A stretch of DNA of 61,165 bases from Candidatus Hadarchaeota archaeon (GTDB taxonomy: Archaea > Hadarchaeota > Hadarchaeia > Hadarchaeales > Hadarchaeaceae), in NCBI GenBank assembly GCA_964575725.1, contig CAZNRG010000001.1:1-61165 (forward strand), written 5' to 3'. The stretch's first letter is position 1, and the number at the start of each line of letters is the position of its first letter. Of this stretch, positions 18,784-26,754 are shown in pieces. The notes under the pieces were generated by a model. That model made no database searches, was not told the origin of the DNA, and saw only the letters and a program-made list of their open reading frames with translations. The position numbers and the translations under genes were made by a program.

Positions 18784-19068
18784 TTGGTGGGGAACACAAT
18801 GGGAGTCACCGAGGACATTAACTGGCTGAAGGATGACGAAGAGGGCGTGGGAAAAGTTTTCCTTCTCATTGCTGGTAAGGAAAGCGCGAGGCTCCGCGAA
18901 CTCCGCGAACTCTTCGGCGCTGGGGATTGGTGGCCCGTGAAGAGCCATTTGCGTGCTCTCACCGACCGGAACCTGGTCGTCGAAATTGAGGGAAGTTACA
19001 AGCTGACTGAAAACGGACGAAAGGTGCTCGAAGGATTTAAGGCTATGGAATACGTGGAGCTAGTTTAG
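18784..19068 (+). CDS. Hypothetical winged-helix-like protein (94 aa)
   Basis: The ORF has a wHTH-like C-terminal half (HLRALTDRNLVVEIEGSYKLTENGRKVLEG). It contains an in-frame 9-bp tandem duplication (RELREL). Confidence 0.4.
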   Translation: MVGNTMGVTEDINWLKDDEEGVGKVFLLIAGKESARLRELRELFGAGDWWPVKSHLRALTDRNLVVEIEGSYKLTENGRKVLEGFKAMEYVELV

Positions 19069-19307
19069 ACCGAGATTGCCGAAACGTTTCCACCCTTTAT
19101 CAAAACTAATTTGTGTTTGGAGGCAGGACCCTCCTTCGAGAGTTCCTCGACCTCCTCGAGCACGAGGTTCATGTGGGCATCGTATTGAGTCAACCTGCCG
19201 CGAAACCTCCGGCGGTCCTTCGTGCTGACGACCACGGTTGCATTCAGGAACTTCTCGAGATCGATTTGAGTTTCCTTTTCTGGTTCTGTTCGCGCTTCCT
19301 TCTGCAT
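19065..19307 (-). CDS. Sm-like (LSm/SmAP) RNA-binding protein
   Basis: The Sm1/Sm2 pattern [39 protein letters not shown]...[12 protein letters not shown]. This is 80 aa from the ATG at 19307. The rest of the 262-aa ORF is an R/S/P-rich shadow antisense to radA. Confidence 0.8.
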   Translation of the reverse strand: MQKEARTEPEKETQIDLEKFLNATVVVSTKDRRRFRGRLTQYDAHMNLVLEEVEELSKEGPASKHKLVLIKGGNVSAISV

Positions 19308-19336
19308 TAAATGCCCAATTGACGCTCGGCTGGCCC

Positions 19337-19356
19337 CTTTATAAGCTTTATAAATT
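19337..19356. promoter_or_regulatory. Putative bidirectional TATA region between the Sm gene (-) and radA (+)
   Basis: CTTTATAAGCTTTATAAATT is two A/T boxes around an AAGCTT centre. It lies 30 nt upstream of the Sm start and about 70 nt upstream of the radA ATG. Confidence 0.4.
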
Positions 19357-19426
19357 ACTTTCGGTGACCTCTCTCCCCCAAAGGCGCTTAAAAGCAGGTG
19401 AAGGAGGTGCGCATGGAGGTGGTCAA

Positions 19427-20373
19427 ATGACCGAATTTGAGGAACTTGAGGGGGTTGGGCCGACGATCGCGGAGAAACTTCGCACGGCCGGCTACGATTC
19501 GTTGGAGAGCCTAGCCGTAGCCACGACCGGCGAGCTGATGGATGCCGCCGAGGTGGGGATGCGAGTAGCTGTGAACGTGATAAACGCCGCTCGCGATGCA
19601 GCGAACATGGGGTACGAAAAGGCGAGCGAGGTGATGGAGCGGCGAAAGCACCTCGGGTACATCTCGACAGGGAGCCCAGCACTTGACAAGATTCTTGGCG
19701 GAGGGGCCGAGACCCAAGGGATAACCGAAGTGTTTGGAGAGTTCGGGTCGGGGAAAAGCCAAATTGCCCACCAGCTCTGCGTGAATGTACAACTGCCCCT
19801 CGAACAAGACGGGCTGGGGGGAAAGGCGATCTACATCGACACCGAAAATACATTCAGGCCCGAGCGCGTGGCGCAGATGGCGCGCGCGGTGGGGCTAGAC
19901 CCTGAGGTGGTGCTTGAGAACATTTACATCGCTCGGGCGCATACGACCGACCACCAGATGCTTCTGGCCGAGAAAGTCCAAGAGATGACGAAGGATGGCG
20001 ATGTGAAACTCGTCGTGATAGACTCGTCGTGATAGACTCGCTCACCTCGCTGTTTCGGTCCGAGTACTGTGGGCGAGGCGCGCTTGCCGAGCGGCAGCAG
20101 AAGCTGGGACGCCACATCGCGGCGCTGCACAAGATCGCGGAGCTGAACGACCTTGCCGTCTTCGTGACGAACCAAGTAATGGCGAGGCCGGACATGTTTT
20201 TCGGTGACCCGACCAAGCCCATCGGGGGGCACGTGTTGGGGCATGCGATGACCGCACGGATCTACCTGCGGAAGAGTAAGGCGAACACCCGGGTCGCCAA
20301 GCTCGTTGACCACCCTGGGCTGCCTCCGGAGAGCGCGACTTTCCAGATTGTAGAGGCGGGAATCAGGGACTGA
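19427..20373 (+). pseudogene. radA: RadA recombinase; reading frame interrupted by a 14-bp tandem duplication in the Walker B strand (a genuine pseudogene or a sequence/assembly error)
   Basis: The ATG at 19427 follows GGAGGTG. It has an HhH N-domain ([17 protein letters not shown]) and Walker A (GEFGSGKSQ), then ...KLVVIDSS* at 20030-20032. The C-terminal part ([12 protein letters not shown]...NQV...GGHVLGHA) continues in another frame from 20029 to 20373. Confidence 0.85.
20010..20037. repeat. Perfect 14-bp tandem duplication (TCGTCGTGATAGAC x2) inside radA
   Basis: Positions 20010-20023 and 20024-20037 are identical. Deleting one copy restores ...[16 protein letters not shown]... in a single frame. 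Confidence 0.95.
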
Positions 20374-20429
20374 ACTTAGGAACACACCCGGTCGGCTCCT
20401 TGGCCTTCCACCCCCACAGTTGTCTAATG

Positions 20430-20446
20430 ATTTCACAGGTGTGAAA
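20430..20446. promoter_or_regulatory. Palindromic 17-mer copy 1 (ATTTCACAGGTGTGAAA), putative operator
   Basis: TTTCACA-GG-TGTGAAA is a perfect 7-2-7 inverted repeat. An ATG follows immediately at 20447. Confidence 0.55.
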
Positions 20447-20491
20447 ATGTTTGAAGAGCGCGGTTCCCAAGGTGAATGCCGCAGTGATAAA

Positions 20492-20508
20492 ATTTCACAG
20501 GTGTGAAA
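20492..20508. promoter_or_regulatory. Palindromic 17-mer copy 2, between a TATA-like GATAAAAT and the ATG of the 82-aa ORF
   Basis: Identical 17-mer. It ends 1 nt before the ATG at 20510. The A/T box at 20485-20492 sits where a leaderless archaeal promoter would place its TATA. Confidence 0.55.
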
Positions 20509-20509
20509 G

Positions 20510-20758
20510 ATGTTAATGGTCGATTACGATTTGCCACAAAATAACAGGCGGCGGACGTTTTACAACCGAATAAAGCAGTACATGGAGGAGGAGGCCGCGA
20601 GCATCAAATTCTCCACCCAAAGCGTCGTGCTAACAGAAGACGCAAAATTTGCCCTGTTCATTGCGGATCAGGCACAAGAGGTCGGAGGAAAGGCCCACAT
20701 TTATGAGGTTAATGAAATCGATTGTTTTAGTCTGAAAAAGCAGTTCGAGGAGCTGTGA
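20510..20758 (+). CDS. Small Cas2/VapD-like (ferredoxin-fold) protein, 82 aa; not next to any CRISPR array
   Basis: MLMVDYDLPQNNRRRTFYNRIKQYM...IKFSTQSVVL...DAKFALFIADQAQEVGGKAHIYEV follows the Cas2 layout: beta1 with YD(L/I), a basic helix, xQxSV strand, a helix, then an IY strand. This is similarity by eye only. Confidence 0.4.
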   Translation: MLMVDYDLPQNNRRRTFYNRIKQYMEEEAASIKFSTQSVVLTEDAKFALFIADQAQEVGGKAHIYEVNEIDCFSLKKQFEEL

Positions 20759-20760
20759 CA

Positions 20761-20777
20761 ATTTCACAGGTGTGAAA
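20761..20777. promoter_or_regulatory. Palindromic 17-mer copy 3, 3 nt after the 82-aa ORF stop and 72 nt upstream of the ParB-fold gene
   Basis: Identical 17-mer ATTTCACAGGTGTGAAA. Confidence 0.55.
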
Positions 20778-20848
20778 ATTATCGGATGGCGTTAGTGGTG
20801 CGTTAGGTTTTTGAAAAGGGCCGCCCCTGTACTTATGGCGGTGATCCG

Positions 20849-21700
20849 TTGTTCAAGCTAGAGGCGCGGGGGCTCGAGCTCAAACTCGGGATTGAGTTCC
20901 TCGATAAAGTCCGCATCCACGAAGAGATCATTCCGGAGCTGCTTGAGGCGCTGGTGAGTGAGATAGAATCGAGCGGCCGCGCGCGAGACCCCGTAATCGT
21001 CGACTCGAACACCCGCGTGGTACTGGACGGTATGCACCGCGTCGCTGCGCTCCAAAAAATCGGTTGCCGCTACCTGCCGGTCTGCCTCGTCGATTATCAA
21101 AACCCAGAAGTCAGGGTTGGGTGCTGGTATCGAGTCATCCAGGGAGCGGACGGGGAGCCAAAATTCTTAGACATTTTCAAGCTACTCGGGCTCGAGGTTA
21201 AACCATCGCCCCCGAAAGGCGCTCTCACGGCCCTAGAGGGGCGGAACGCAACGGCGGCGCTCCTGACCAAAAGAGGCTGCTACGTGCTCAAGGCCCCCGA
21301 GACGAAGATCAGGGAGAGCTATGCGTGGGTAAAGCGGATCGAGCGCGCCTTGCGAGAGGAGGGCTTCGGTGTCGAGTACGAAAATGAGTCTGACGCGGAG
21401 CAAAGGGTTCAATTAGGGAAGGCCGCAACAGCTTTGATGGTTCCGAGGGTGCGCAAGGAGGAAGTGATTGACGCCGCCCTCTCCGGAAATGTTTTCGCAC
21501 ACAAGACGACCCGCCATATCCTGCCCGCCAGACCTGTTAGGGTCGACGTTTCTCTCGAGTGGCTCTCCGGTGACAGGCCTCTTGATGAAATCAACCGTGC
21601 ACTCACCGAATCCCTCTCGAAGCGAAAGCTTGAGCGCCTAGCTAAAGGAAGCCTGTTCGAGGGGCGGCGCTACGACGAGGAACTTTTGGTTTTCAGGTAA
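20849..21700 (+). CDS. ParB/Srx-fold (ParB N-terminal-like) domain protein; possibly related to archaeal ParB-fold kinases such as SerK
   Basis: VRIHEEIIPELLEALVSEIESSGRARDPVIVDSNTRVVLDGMHRVAALQKIGCRYLPVCLVDY has the ParB/sulfiredoxin-type DGxHR core. The only in-frame start is the TTG at 20849. Confidence 0.55.
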   Translation: MFKLEARGLELKLGIEFLDKVRIHEEIIPELLEALVSEIESSGRARDPVIVDSNTRVVLDGMHRVAALQKIGCRYLPVCLVDYQNPEVRVGCWYRVIQGADGEPKFLDIFKLLGLEVKPSPPKGALTALEGRNATAALLTKRGCYVLKAPETKIRESYAWVKRIERALREEGFGVEYENESDAEQRVQLGKAATALMVPRVRKEEVIDAALSGNVFAHKTTRHILPARPVRVDVSLEWLSGDRPLDEINRALTESLSKRKLERLAKGSLFEGRRYDEELLVFR

Positions 21701-21704
21701 GAGT

Positions 21705-22175
21705 TCAGAGCCCGGCGATCGTCCAAACAAAAGTCAACAGTAGCCCTATCCCTAGAAAACAGCCGGCCATCTTGCCCATCGAGGCCGAGAGCGGTGTTCG
21801 CGCCTCCCGGATACCATGCCTTCGGAGATACTGGGCGACTTTCCCCTCCCACAAGCCAGCGAAGCCATCGGTGATCGCATCCCCTGCAGCGCCCCCAACT
21901 ATCGCCCCGAGCACCCCAGCGAAGCTAGCCCCGATGAGCGCCGCTACCCCTAAGAAACTCGTGTCCACTGTGCCGAAGACGATGTCGGCCGAGCATGATT
22001 TAATTGTCCTGCCCCCGAGCCTCAGCGGAACCATAGAGAGGAAGCCGAGCGCGAGCAGGGTTGGACCAATCAGCGTTTTGTAGGCGTAGGCGTAAGCTAG
22101 CGAGAGACTGCCCACCGCGACGAGCGAGATCACGAGCACGCTGAGGAAACCCGCGAGCAAGCTCTCCCGTTTCAC
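21705..22175 (-). CDS. Hypothetical membrane protein with glycine-zipper segments
   Basis: About 4 TM segments, including GASFAGVLGAIVGGAAGDAITDGFAG. I cannot assign a family. Confidence 0.45.
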   Translation of the reverse strand: MKRESLLAGFLSVLVISLVAVGSLSLAYAYAYKTLIGPTLLALGFLSMVPLRLGGRTIKSCSADIVFGTVDTSFLGVAALIGASFAGVLGAIVGGAAGDAITDGFAGLWEGKVAQYLRRHGIREARTPLSASMGKMAGCFLGIGLLLTFVWTIAGL

Positions 22176-22192
22176 CCCACCACCAGATAATG

Positions 22193-24052
22193 TCAGCTCC
22201 CCACGAAAATCGGGCGCATCGAGAGGAGCCTAGGCAGGGTGCGAGGCCTGAAAGGTATGCCCTTGGTTTGTTTGGCGACCTCGGTTGAAAGCACCTTCGC
22301 AGTCATGGGCTTGAGCGCCTTCTTCCCCCGGACGCGCACCGGGAGTTTCTCCCGCTTCAGCTCTTTGTCACCGAGCACGACGACAAATGGCACCCATTCG
22401 CGCTCGGCTTCTCGCACTTTTTTCGAGACGGTTTCAGTTCGGTCGTCGATGTCAGCACGAACGCGGGCCTTCTCAAGGAGATCCGCGATTCGCTCACAGG
22501 CTTTGAGGTGGCGGTCGGCCAGCGGAATCAGTCTGACTTGGGTGGGGGATAGCCACAGCGGCAGGCTCGGGGACTTTCCTGCCTTCTGCGCCTTCGCCGC
22601 TTCCTCGAGCATCGCGTACATCCATCGCTCGATAGACCCCAAGGACGAATGCAGGATGATGCACCCCCGCTTTTCGCCTTTTTTATCCACGTAGCGAATG
22701 CCGTAGCGCTCGGAGTCCTCAAGGTCTAGCTGTACCGTCGCAAGCTGGGCGTTTCCTCCCACCGAGTCGATCACCTGGAACTCGTGCTTCAGGACCCAGT
22801 AGTGCCTGCGCTCGGAAAGGAGTTCGATAAGGGCCGGGCGTTTGACGAACTTCAGGAGCCGCACGAAGAATGAGCGGTTCTTCTTGTAGAACTCCTCGAG
22901 CACGCGGAAAGCGACGACGTACTCCACCTCCATCGCGTCGGTCATCTTCGTGTAGAGCTTGAAGAGCCGCTCGTACTCCTCCAGCCCCTGCTTGAGGTCG
23001 CGGCAGAAGCAGTGCACATCGGGCATGGTAAACGCCCGGAGGCGCTTGAGCCCCACGCACTCCCCGCTCTGCTCCAGCCGATAGGAGGGCGAGAGCTCGA
23101 AGATCCGCACGGGCATCTGGCGGTAGCTTATCACAGTATTGCGCATCATCTTGAACAGCCCGAAATCCCCCGCGAACCGGAGGAGCAAGGTCCGGTTGGG
23201 TAGCTTGATTTTGTAGTCCTTTTGGTAGAAGCGCGTGGCCTGCTCGGCGATGTCCGGCTCGTCCGCGCGGTAGAGCACGGGCGTCTCGATCCTGCTGGCC
23301 CCAAGTTCATCTGCGAGCTGAACCGCGAAATCCTCTAGCAGCCCTTTGATGAGCGTCCCGTTTGGGTAGAAGCGGAAGTGCCCTGCGTCGCTGGCTGGCT
23401 CGTAGTCGACGAGCTCCAGCCGCCGCATGAGCTTGATGTGGGCGGGTTCTTCCCCAGGCTTGCGCCCTAACTCCTCGCTCAGCACGAATTGCCGGAGCAG
23501 GGGGTTCTTCGCGAGCGGTTTGCAGGCGTCGAGGTTTGAGAGGTCGAGCTTGTGTTCCTTCCCATCAGGGGTCAGGATGATTCGCTTGCTAGGGGCCGCC
23601 TCGGGCGCGCGGACCTCGGCCTCCGCGGCCTCGGCGGTTATCGTGCGAGAAAGTTCAGATAGCGGGTGCCCCTTGCAGCTGAGCCTGAACGCCTTGTACC
23701 AACCGAAGGGGAGGCGGTGGGCCTCGAAGCCAAGCTCGCGCAGCGCTCCAGCGGTAGCATCGAGCAGCTTGACGGCGACCTTTGGACGAGCGAGCGAGGG
23801 GCTGAGGTGGGCGTAGGGGTAGAGGGCGACGCGTTGGGCATCGACTTTTTTAGCGACCTCCGCGATTTCCTTGGCAGCATTCTTAGCTATCTCACCGATG
23901 TTTCCCTCGTCCTCCTCCTCCGCCGCGGTGAAGACGATGAGCACCTCCTCCAGCCGCCCCGAGCGTTGGTCGGGTGGGACCTCCTCCGCGACCGGGGTAC
24001 GCTGCTTCACCTCGAACTCTAGAAAGTCGGCGTGAATCAGCAGGATTCTCAA
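22193..24052 (-). CDS. thrS: Threonyl-tRNA synthetase, archaeal type with N-terminal DTD-like editing domain
   Basis: MRILLIHADFLEFEV... matches the archaeal editing domain. The class II core follows (FRFYPNG, MPDVHCF, YRLEQSGE), then a C-terminal anticodon-binding domain. Confidence 0.9.
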   Translation of the reverse strand: MRILLIHADFLEFEVKQRTPVAEEVPPDQRSGRLEEVLIVFTAAEEEDEGNIGEIAKNAAKEIAEVAKKVDAQRVALYPYAHLSPSLARPKVAVKLLDATAGALRELGFEAHRLPFGWYKAFRLSCKGHPLSELSRTITAEAAEAEVRAPEAAPSKRIILTPDGKEHKLDLSNLDACKPLAKNPLLRQFVLSEELGRKPGEEPAHIKLMRRLELVDYEPASDAGHFRFYPNGTLIKGLLEDFAVQLADELGASRIETPVLYRADEPDIAEQATRFYQKDYKIKLPNRTLLLRFAGDFGLFKMMRNTVISYRQMPVRIFELSPSYRLEQSGECVGLKRLRAFTMPDVHCFCRDLKQGLEEYERLFKLYTKMTDAMEVEYVVAFRVLEEFYKKNRSFFVRLLKFVKRPALIELLSERRHYWVLKHEFQVIDSVGGNAQLATVQLDLEDSERYGIRYVDKKGEKRGCIILHSSLGSIERWMYAMLEEAAKAQKAGKSPSLPLWLSPTQVRLIPLADRHLKACERIADLLEKARVRADIDDRTETVSKKVREAEREWVPFVVVLGDKELKREKLPVRVRGKKALKPMTAKVLSTEVAKQTKGIPFRPRTLPRLLSMRPIFVGS

Positions 24053-24250
24053 TCGAGCACCGCGCGAACTTGAGTCCCCAAATTTAATAAACTATCGCTG
24101 GGGCGGAGCGATGATTTTTTTAGGGAGTTAGGTTAAGCGGCTGTGGTCGAAACGCCGCCTATCTTGGGGTAGCTTTTCGCCTAGCCGACATAGGTATGCC
24201 GCTTGAGGGCAGCGAGTTTAAGCTCCCAAGTAAAACAAAATTTGGTGTTT

Positions 24251-25018
24251 ATGAAGCGATTCTGCTACCGATGCGGCGCACTCGAGTCGGACGCCAGCCC
24301 GCTAATCCAGGGTCTTTGCCAGCGCTGCTTCGCCGAGGAGGTCAGCCTCTTGCGCGCCCCTCGCGAGGTCGAGGTCGTGGTCTGCAAGCGGTGCGGCGCA
24401 TACGCGCTCGGAAAGCAATGGCATACACCCACGTCCGCTGACCCACTCGAAGATGCCGCCCGCGAGACGACCTTGGGCAAACTTCGCGTCGCCCGCCTAA
24501 CTAAGTCGGGGGCGCAGCTCCTCCGTCCCCGGGAGGCCCACGAAGTCGAGATCAACGTCGAGCCGGACCTCAAGGAGGGCTCGATACGGGTGCGGGCGCG
24601 GGGCAAGGTGCACGAGCTCCAGGCTCAGCCCAAGGTCGAGGAGGCAACGGTGAAGTTGAACCTGACCCACAAGACCTGCGAGGTGTGTAGCCTCAAGCGC
24701 GCCCGCCATCACGAGGCTATCCTACAGGTCCGGGGCGGGCTCACGGATGAGAGACTATCTAAGCTAAGGGAAGCGCTTGAGGGCCTAGCATCGGAGGCGG
24801 GTAAGCGCGAGCGGAGGGATTTCATCGCTGATATAAAGGAGCTGCGAGGGGGTTTGGACTTCTACGTGAGTTCAGTGGGTCTAGCCAGGCAGATGGCGTC
24901 CTTGCTCAAGGGCGAGTTCGGGGCTGAGCTAAAGGAGAGCGCGAAGCTCGTGGGACAAACTCGGGACGGGCGAAAAAAGTACAGGTTTTCCATCCTTGCG
25001 CGGCTCGGGGAAGCTTGA
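24251..25018 (+). CDS. NMD3-family protein (archaeal homologue of the 60S export adaptor)
   Basis: Cys clusters CYRCG...CQRCF and CKRCGAY, then KTCEVCS, then the NMD3 core. Start set at the ATG at 24251 (MKRFCYRCG). Confidence 0.7.
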   Translation: MKRFCYRCGALESDASPLIQGLCQRCFAEEVSLLRAPREVEVVVCKRCGAYALGKQWHTPTSADPLEDAARETTLGKLRVARLTKSGAQLLRPREAHEVEINVEPDLKEGSIRVRARGKVHELQAQPKVEEATVKLNLTHKTCEVCSLKRARHHEAILQVRGGLTDERLSKLREALEGLASEAGKRERRDFIADIKELRGGLDFYVSSVGLARQMASLLKGEFGAELKESAKLVGQTRDGRKKYRFSILARLGEA

Positions 25019-25066
25019 GCCATCAATTTTAAGCGGGAGGAATCCCAGCTTTATGGCGTGGTGTGA

Positions 25067-26746
25067 ATGGTCGAGCTAACAGGATCGAAGGCGCTGTTTG
25101 AAGCCCTGAAGGTTGAGGGCGTAAAGCACATCTTCGGCATCCCCGGCGGCGCAATGATTCCCGTCTACGATTCCCTATACGACGAGAAGGAAATTCGCCA
25201 CATCCTCACGCGGCACGAGCAGGGTGCGGCCCATGCGGCGGATGGCTACGCCCGCGCGCTAGGAAAAGCCGGTGTGTGTATGACTACTTCGGGCCCCGGG
25301 GCGACAAATTTGACCACGGGAATCCTAAACGCCTACATGGACAGCTCCCCCGTCGTGGCGATTTCCGGGCAAGTCCCAACCAGGGCTATTGGGACCGACG
25401 CCTTTCAGGAAGCCGACATGCTCAGCGTGATGCTACCCATAACCAAACACAACTTCATCGTCCACCGCGTCGAGGAGCTTCCGGGCGTCGTCAGGCTAGC
25501 TTTCAAGGTCGCGATCACGGGTAGGCCTGGGCCCGTCCACATAGACCTGCCGAAAAGCGTGCAGGTGAGCAAGGCTGACCTCAAGATCCCCGCCGAGGTC
25601 AAATACGAGAAATCTCTGAAGTTGGAGCCCGATGCGGGAGACATCAAGAAAGCCATCGATATGTTGACTCGTGCTGAGCAACCTGTGCTTTACGCGGGTG
25701 GTGGCGTGGTATGGTCGGGTGCCTCTGCCGAGCTGGTAGAACTCGCGGAGCTACTCGGTGCCCCAGTGACGACCTCGTTGCTCGGGAAGGGGGCGATACC
25801 CGAGAACCACCCGCTCGCGCTAGGAATGCTTGGGATGCACGGGCGGATGGCAGCAAACCTCACGGTAACTGAGTCAGATGTACTACTCGCCGTTGGGACG
25901 CGCTTCAGCGATCGTTCGACCGGAGATGTGCACTACTTCGCCCCGGGAGCCAAGATCATCCACATTGACATTGATCCAGTTGAAATCGGCAAGAACGTTC
26001 GCGTTGACTTGCCGATAGTTGGCGACGCGAAGCGATCACTCGCCGCGATAATCAAAGGACTTCGCTCCCACGCAAGGCGAGGGCGGGCAAGCAAATGGCT
26101 CCAGCGGGTCAAGAAGTTTCGGGAGGAGCTGGCGCCACGGACGGACTACGACGAGGTCCCGATCAAGCCACAGCGCGCCATCAAGGAGATAATGAGCGTG
26201 CTCGATGAGAATGCCATCATAGTGACCGAGGTGGGGCAGTGCCAGATGTGGGCTGCGCACTTCTGCGTGGTGCGGAAGCCGAGGCACTTTATTTCTTCTG
26301 GCGGCTTGGGCACGATGGGTTTTGGATTCCCAGCTGCGATGGGCGCAAAGGTTGCCCGCCCGGAATGTGGGGTGGTTAACATCGCGGGAGATGGAAGCTT
26401 CCTGATGAACTCCCAAGAGCTCGCAACGGTTGTGGAGAATGATATAAACGTCGTCTCCTGCATCTTCAACAACCGCTACCTGGGGATGGTCAAACAGTGG
26501 CAGGATTTGTTCTTCGGGAAGCGCCGCTCTGCCACCTGCCTAGGCAAGGTGCCCGACTTCGTGAAGCTCGCCGAAGCATACGGTGCATGGGGTGATCGAG
26601 CTACTAAACCAAGCGAGGTTGCACCAAAGCTGCGCGAGGCTCTGCGTTGCGGCAAGCCAGCGGTGCTCGACATCCCAATCGACCCCGACGAACACGTGCT
26701 GCCGATGGTCCCGGCTGGTGGGCGGATCGATAGGATGTTGACTTAG
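25067..26746 (+). CDS. ilvB: Acetolactate synthase, large (catalytic) subunit
   Basis: Thiamine-diphosphate (ThDP) enzyme signatures: GIPGGAMIPVYD, HEQGAAHAADGYAR, SGPGATN and GDGSFLMNSQELAT. Confidence 0.9.
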   Translation: MVELTGSKALFEALKVEGVKHIFGIPGGAMIPVYDSLYDEKEIRHILTRHEQGAAHAADGYARALGKAGVCMTTSGPGATNLTTGILNAYMDSSPVVAISGQVPTRAIGTDAFQEADMLSVMLPITKHNFIVHRVEELPGVVRLAFKVAITGRPGPVHIDLPKSVQVSKADLKIPAEVKYEKSLKLEPDAGDIKKAIDMLTRAEQPVLYAGGGVVWSGASAELVELAELLGAPVTTSLLGKGAIPENHPLALGMLGMHGRMAANLTVTESDVLLAVGTRFSDRSTGDVHYFAPGAKIIHIDIDPVEIGKNVRVDLPIVGDAKRSLAAIIKGLRSHARRGRASKWLQRVKKFREELAPRTDYDEVPIKPQRAIKEIMSVLDENAIIVTEVGQCQMWAAHFCVVRKPRHFISSGGLGTMGFGFPAAMGAKVARPECGVVNIAGDGSFLMNSQELATVVENDINVVSCIFNNRYLGMVKQWQDLFFGKRRSATCLGKVPDFVKLAEAYGAWGDRATKPSEVAPKLREALRCGKPAVLDIPIDPDEHVLPMVPAGGRIDRMLT

Positions 26747-26754
26747 GTGAGCCA

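Noticed and set aside
19308-19853. The upstream 180 aa of the 262-aa minus-strand ORF that contains the Sm gene.
   Set aside because: It is an R/S/P-rich, low-complexity translation antisense to the radA N-terminus. The Sm domain starts at an internal ATG (19307), giving the normal ~80-aa protein.
20010-20037. Programmed ribosomal frameshifting might rejoin the two radA ORFs.
   Set aside because: There is no slippery heptamer or downstream structure. The frame change is fully explained by a perfect 14-bp duplication. Any frameshift product would carry about 5 extra residues inside the Walker B beta-strand.
20447-20506. A 19-codon ORF (MFEERGSQGECRSDKISQV) runs from palindrome copy 1 into copy 2.
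   Set aside because: It is too short, has no recognisable features and ends inside the repeat. It is most likely a by-product of a duplicated promoter module. I mention it only as context.
20430-20777. The three identical palindromic repeats next to a Cas2-like ORF could be a degenerate mini-CRISPR array.
   Set aside because: The conserved unit is only about 17-20 bp. The spacing is irregular (62 bp, then 269 bp), and the third copy is separated from the others by a protein-coding ORF. The copy positions match promoter or operator placement instead.
24053-24250. The 198-bp thrS/NMD3 intergenic region was checked for a tRNA or other structured RNA.
   Set aside because: There is no T-loop (GTTCRANYC) or acceptor-stem pattern, only short imperfect hairpins. 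It is best explained as a divergent promoter region, with TTTATTAAAT on the thrS side.
25053-25079. An 8-codon mini-ORF (MAWCEWSS) overlaps the ilvB start and could be an attenuation leader peptide.
   Set aside because: It contains no Val, Leu or Ile codons and no terminator/antiterminator structure. Leader-peptide attenuation is not an expected archaeal mechanism.
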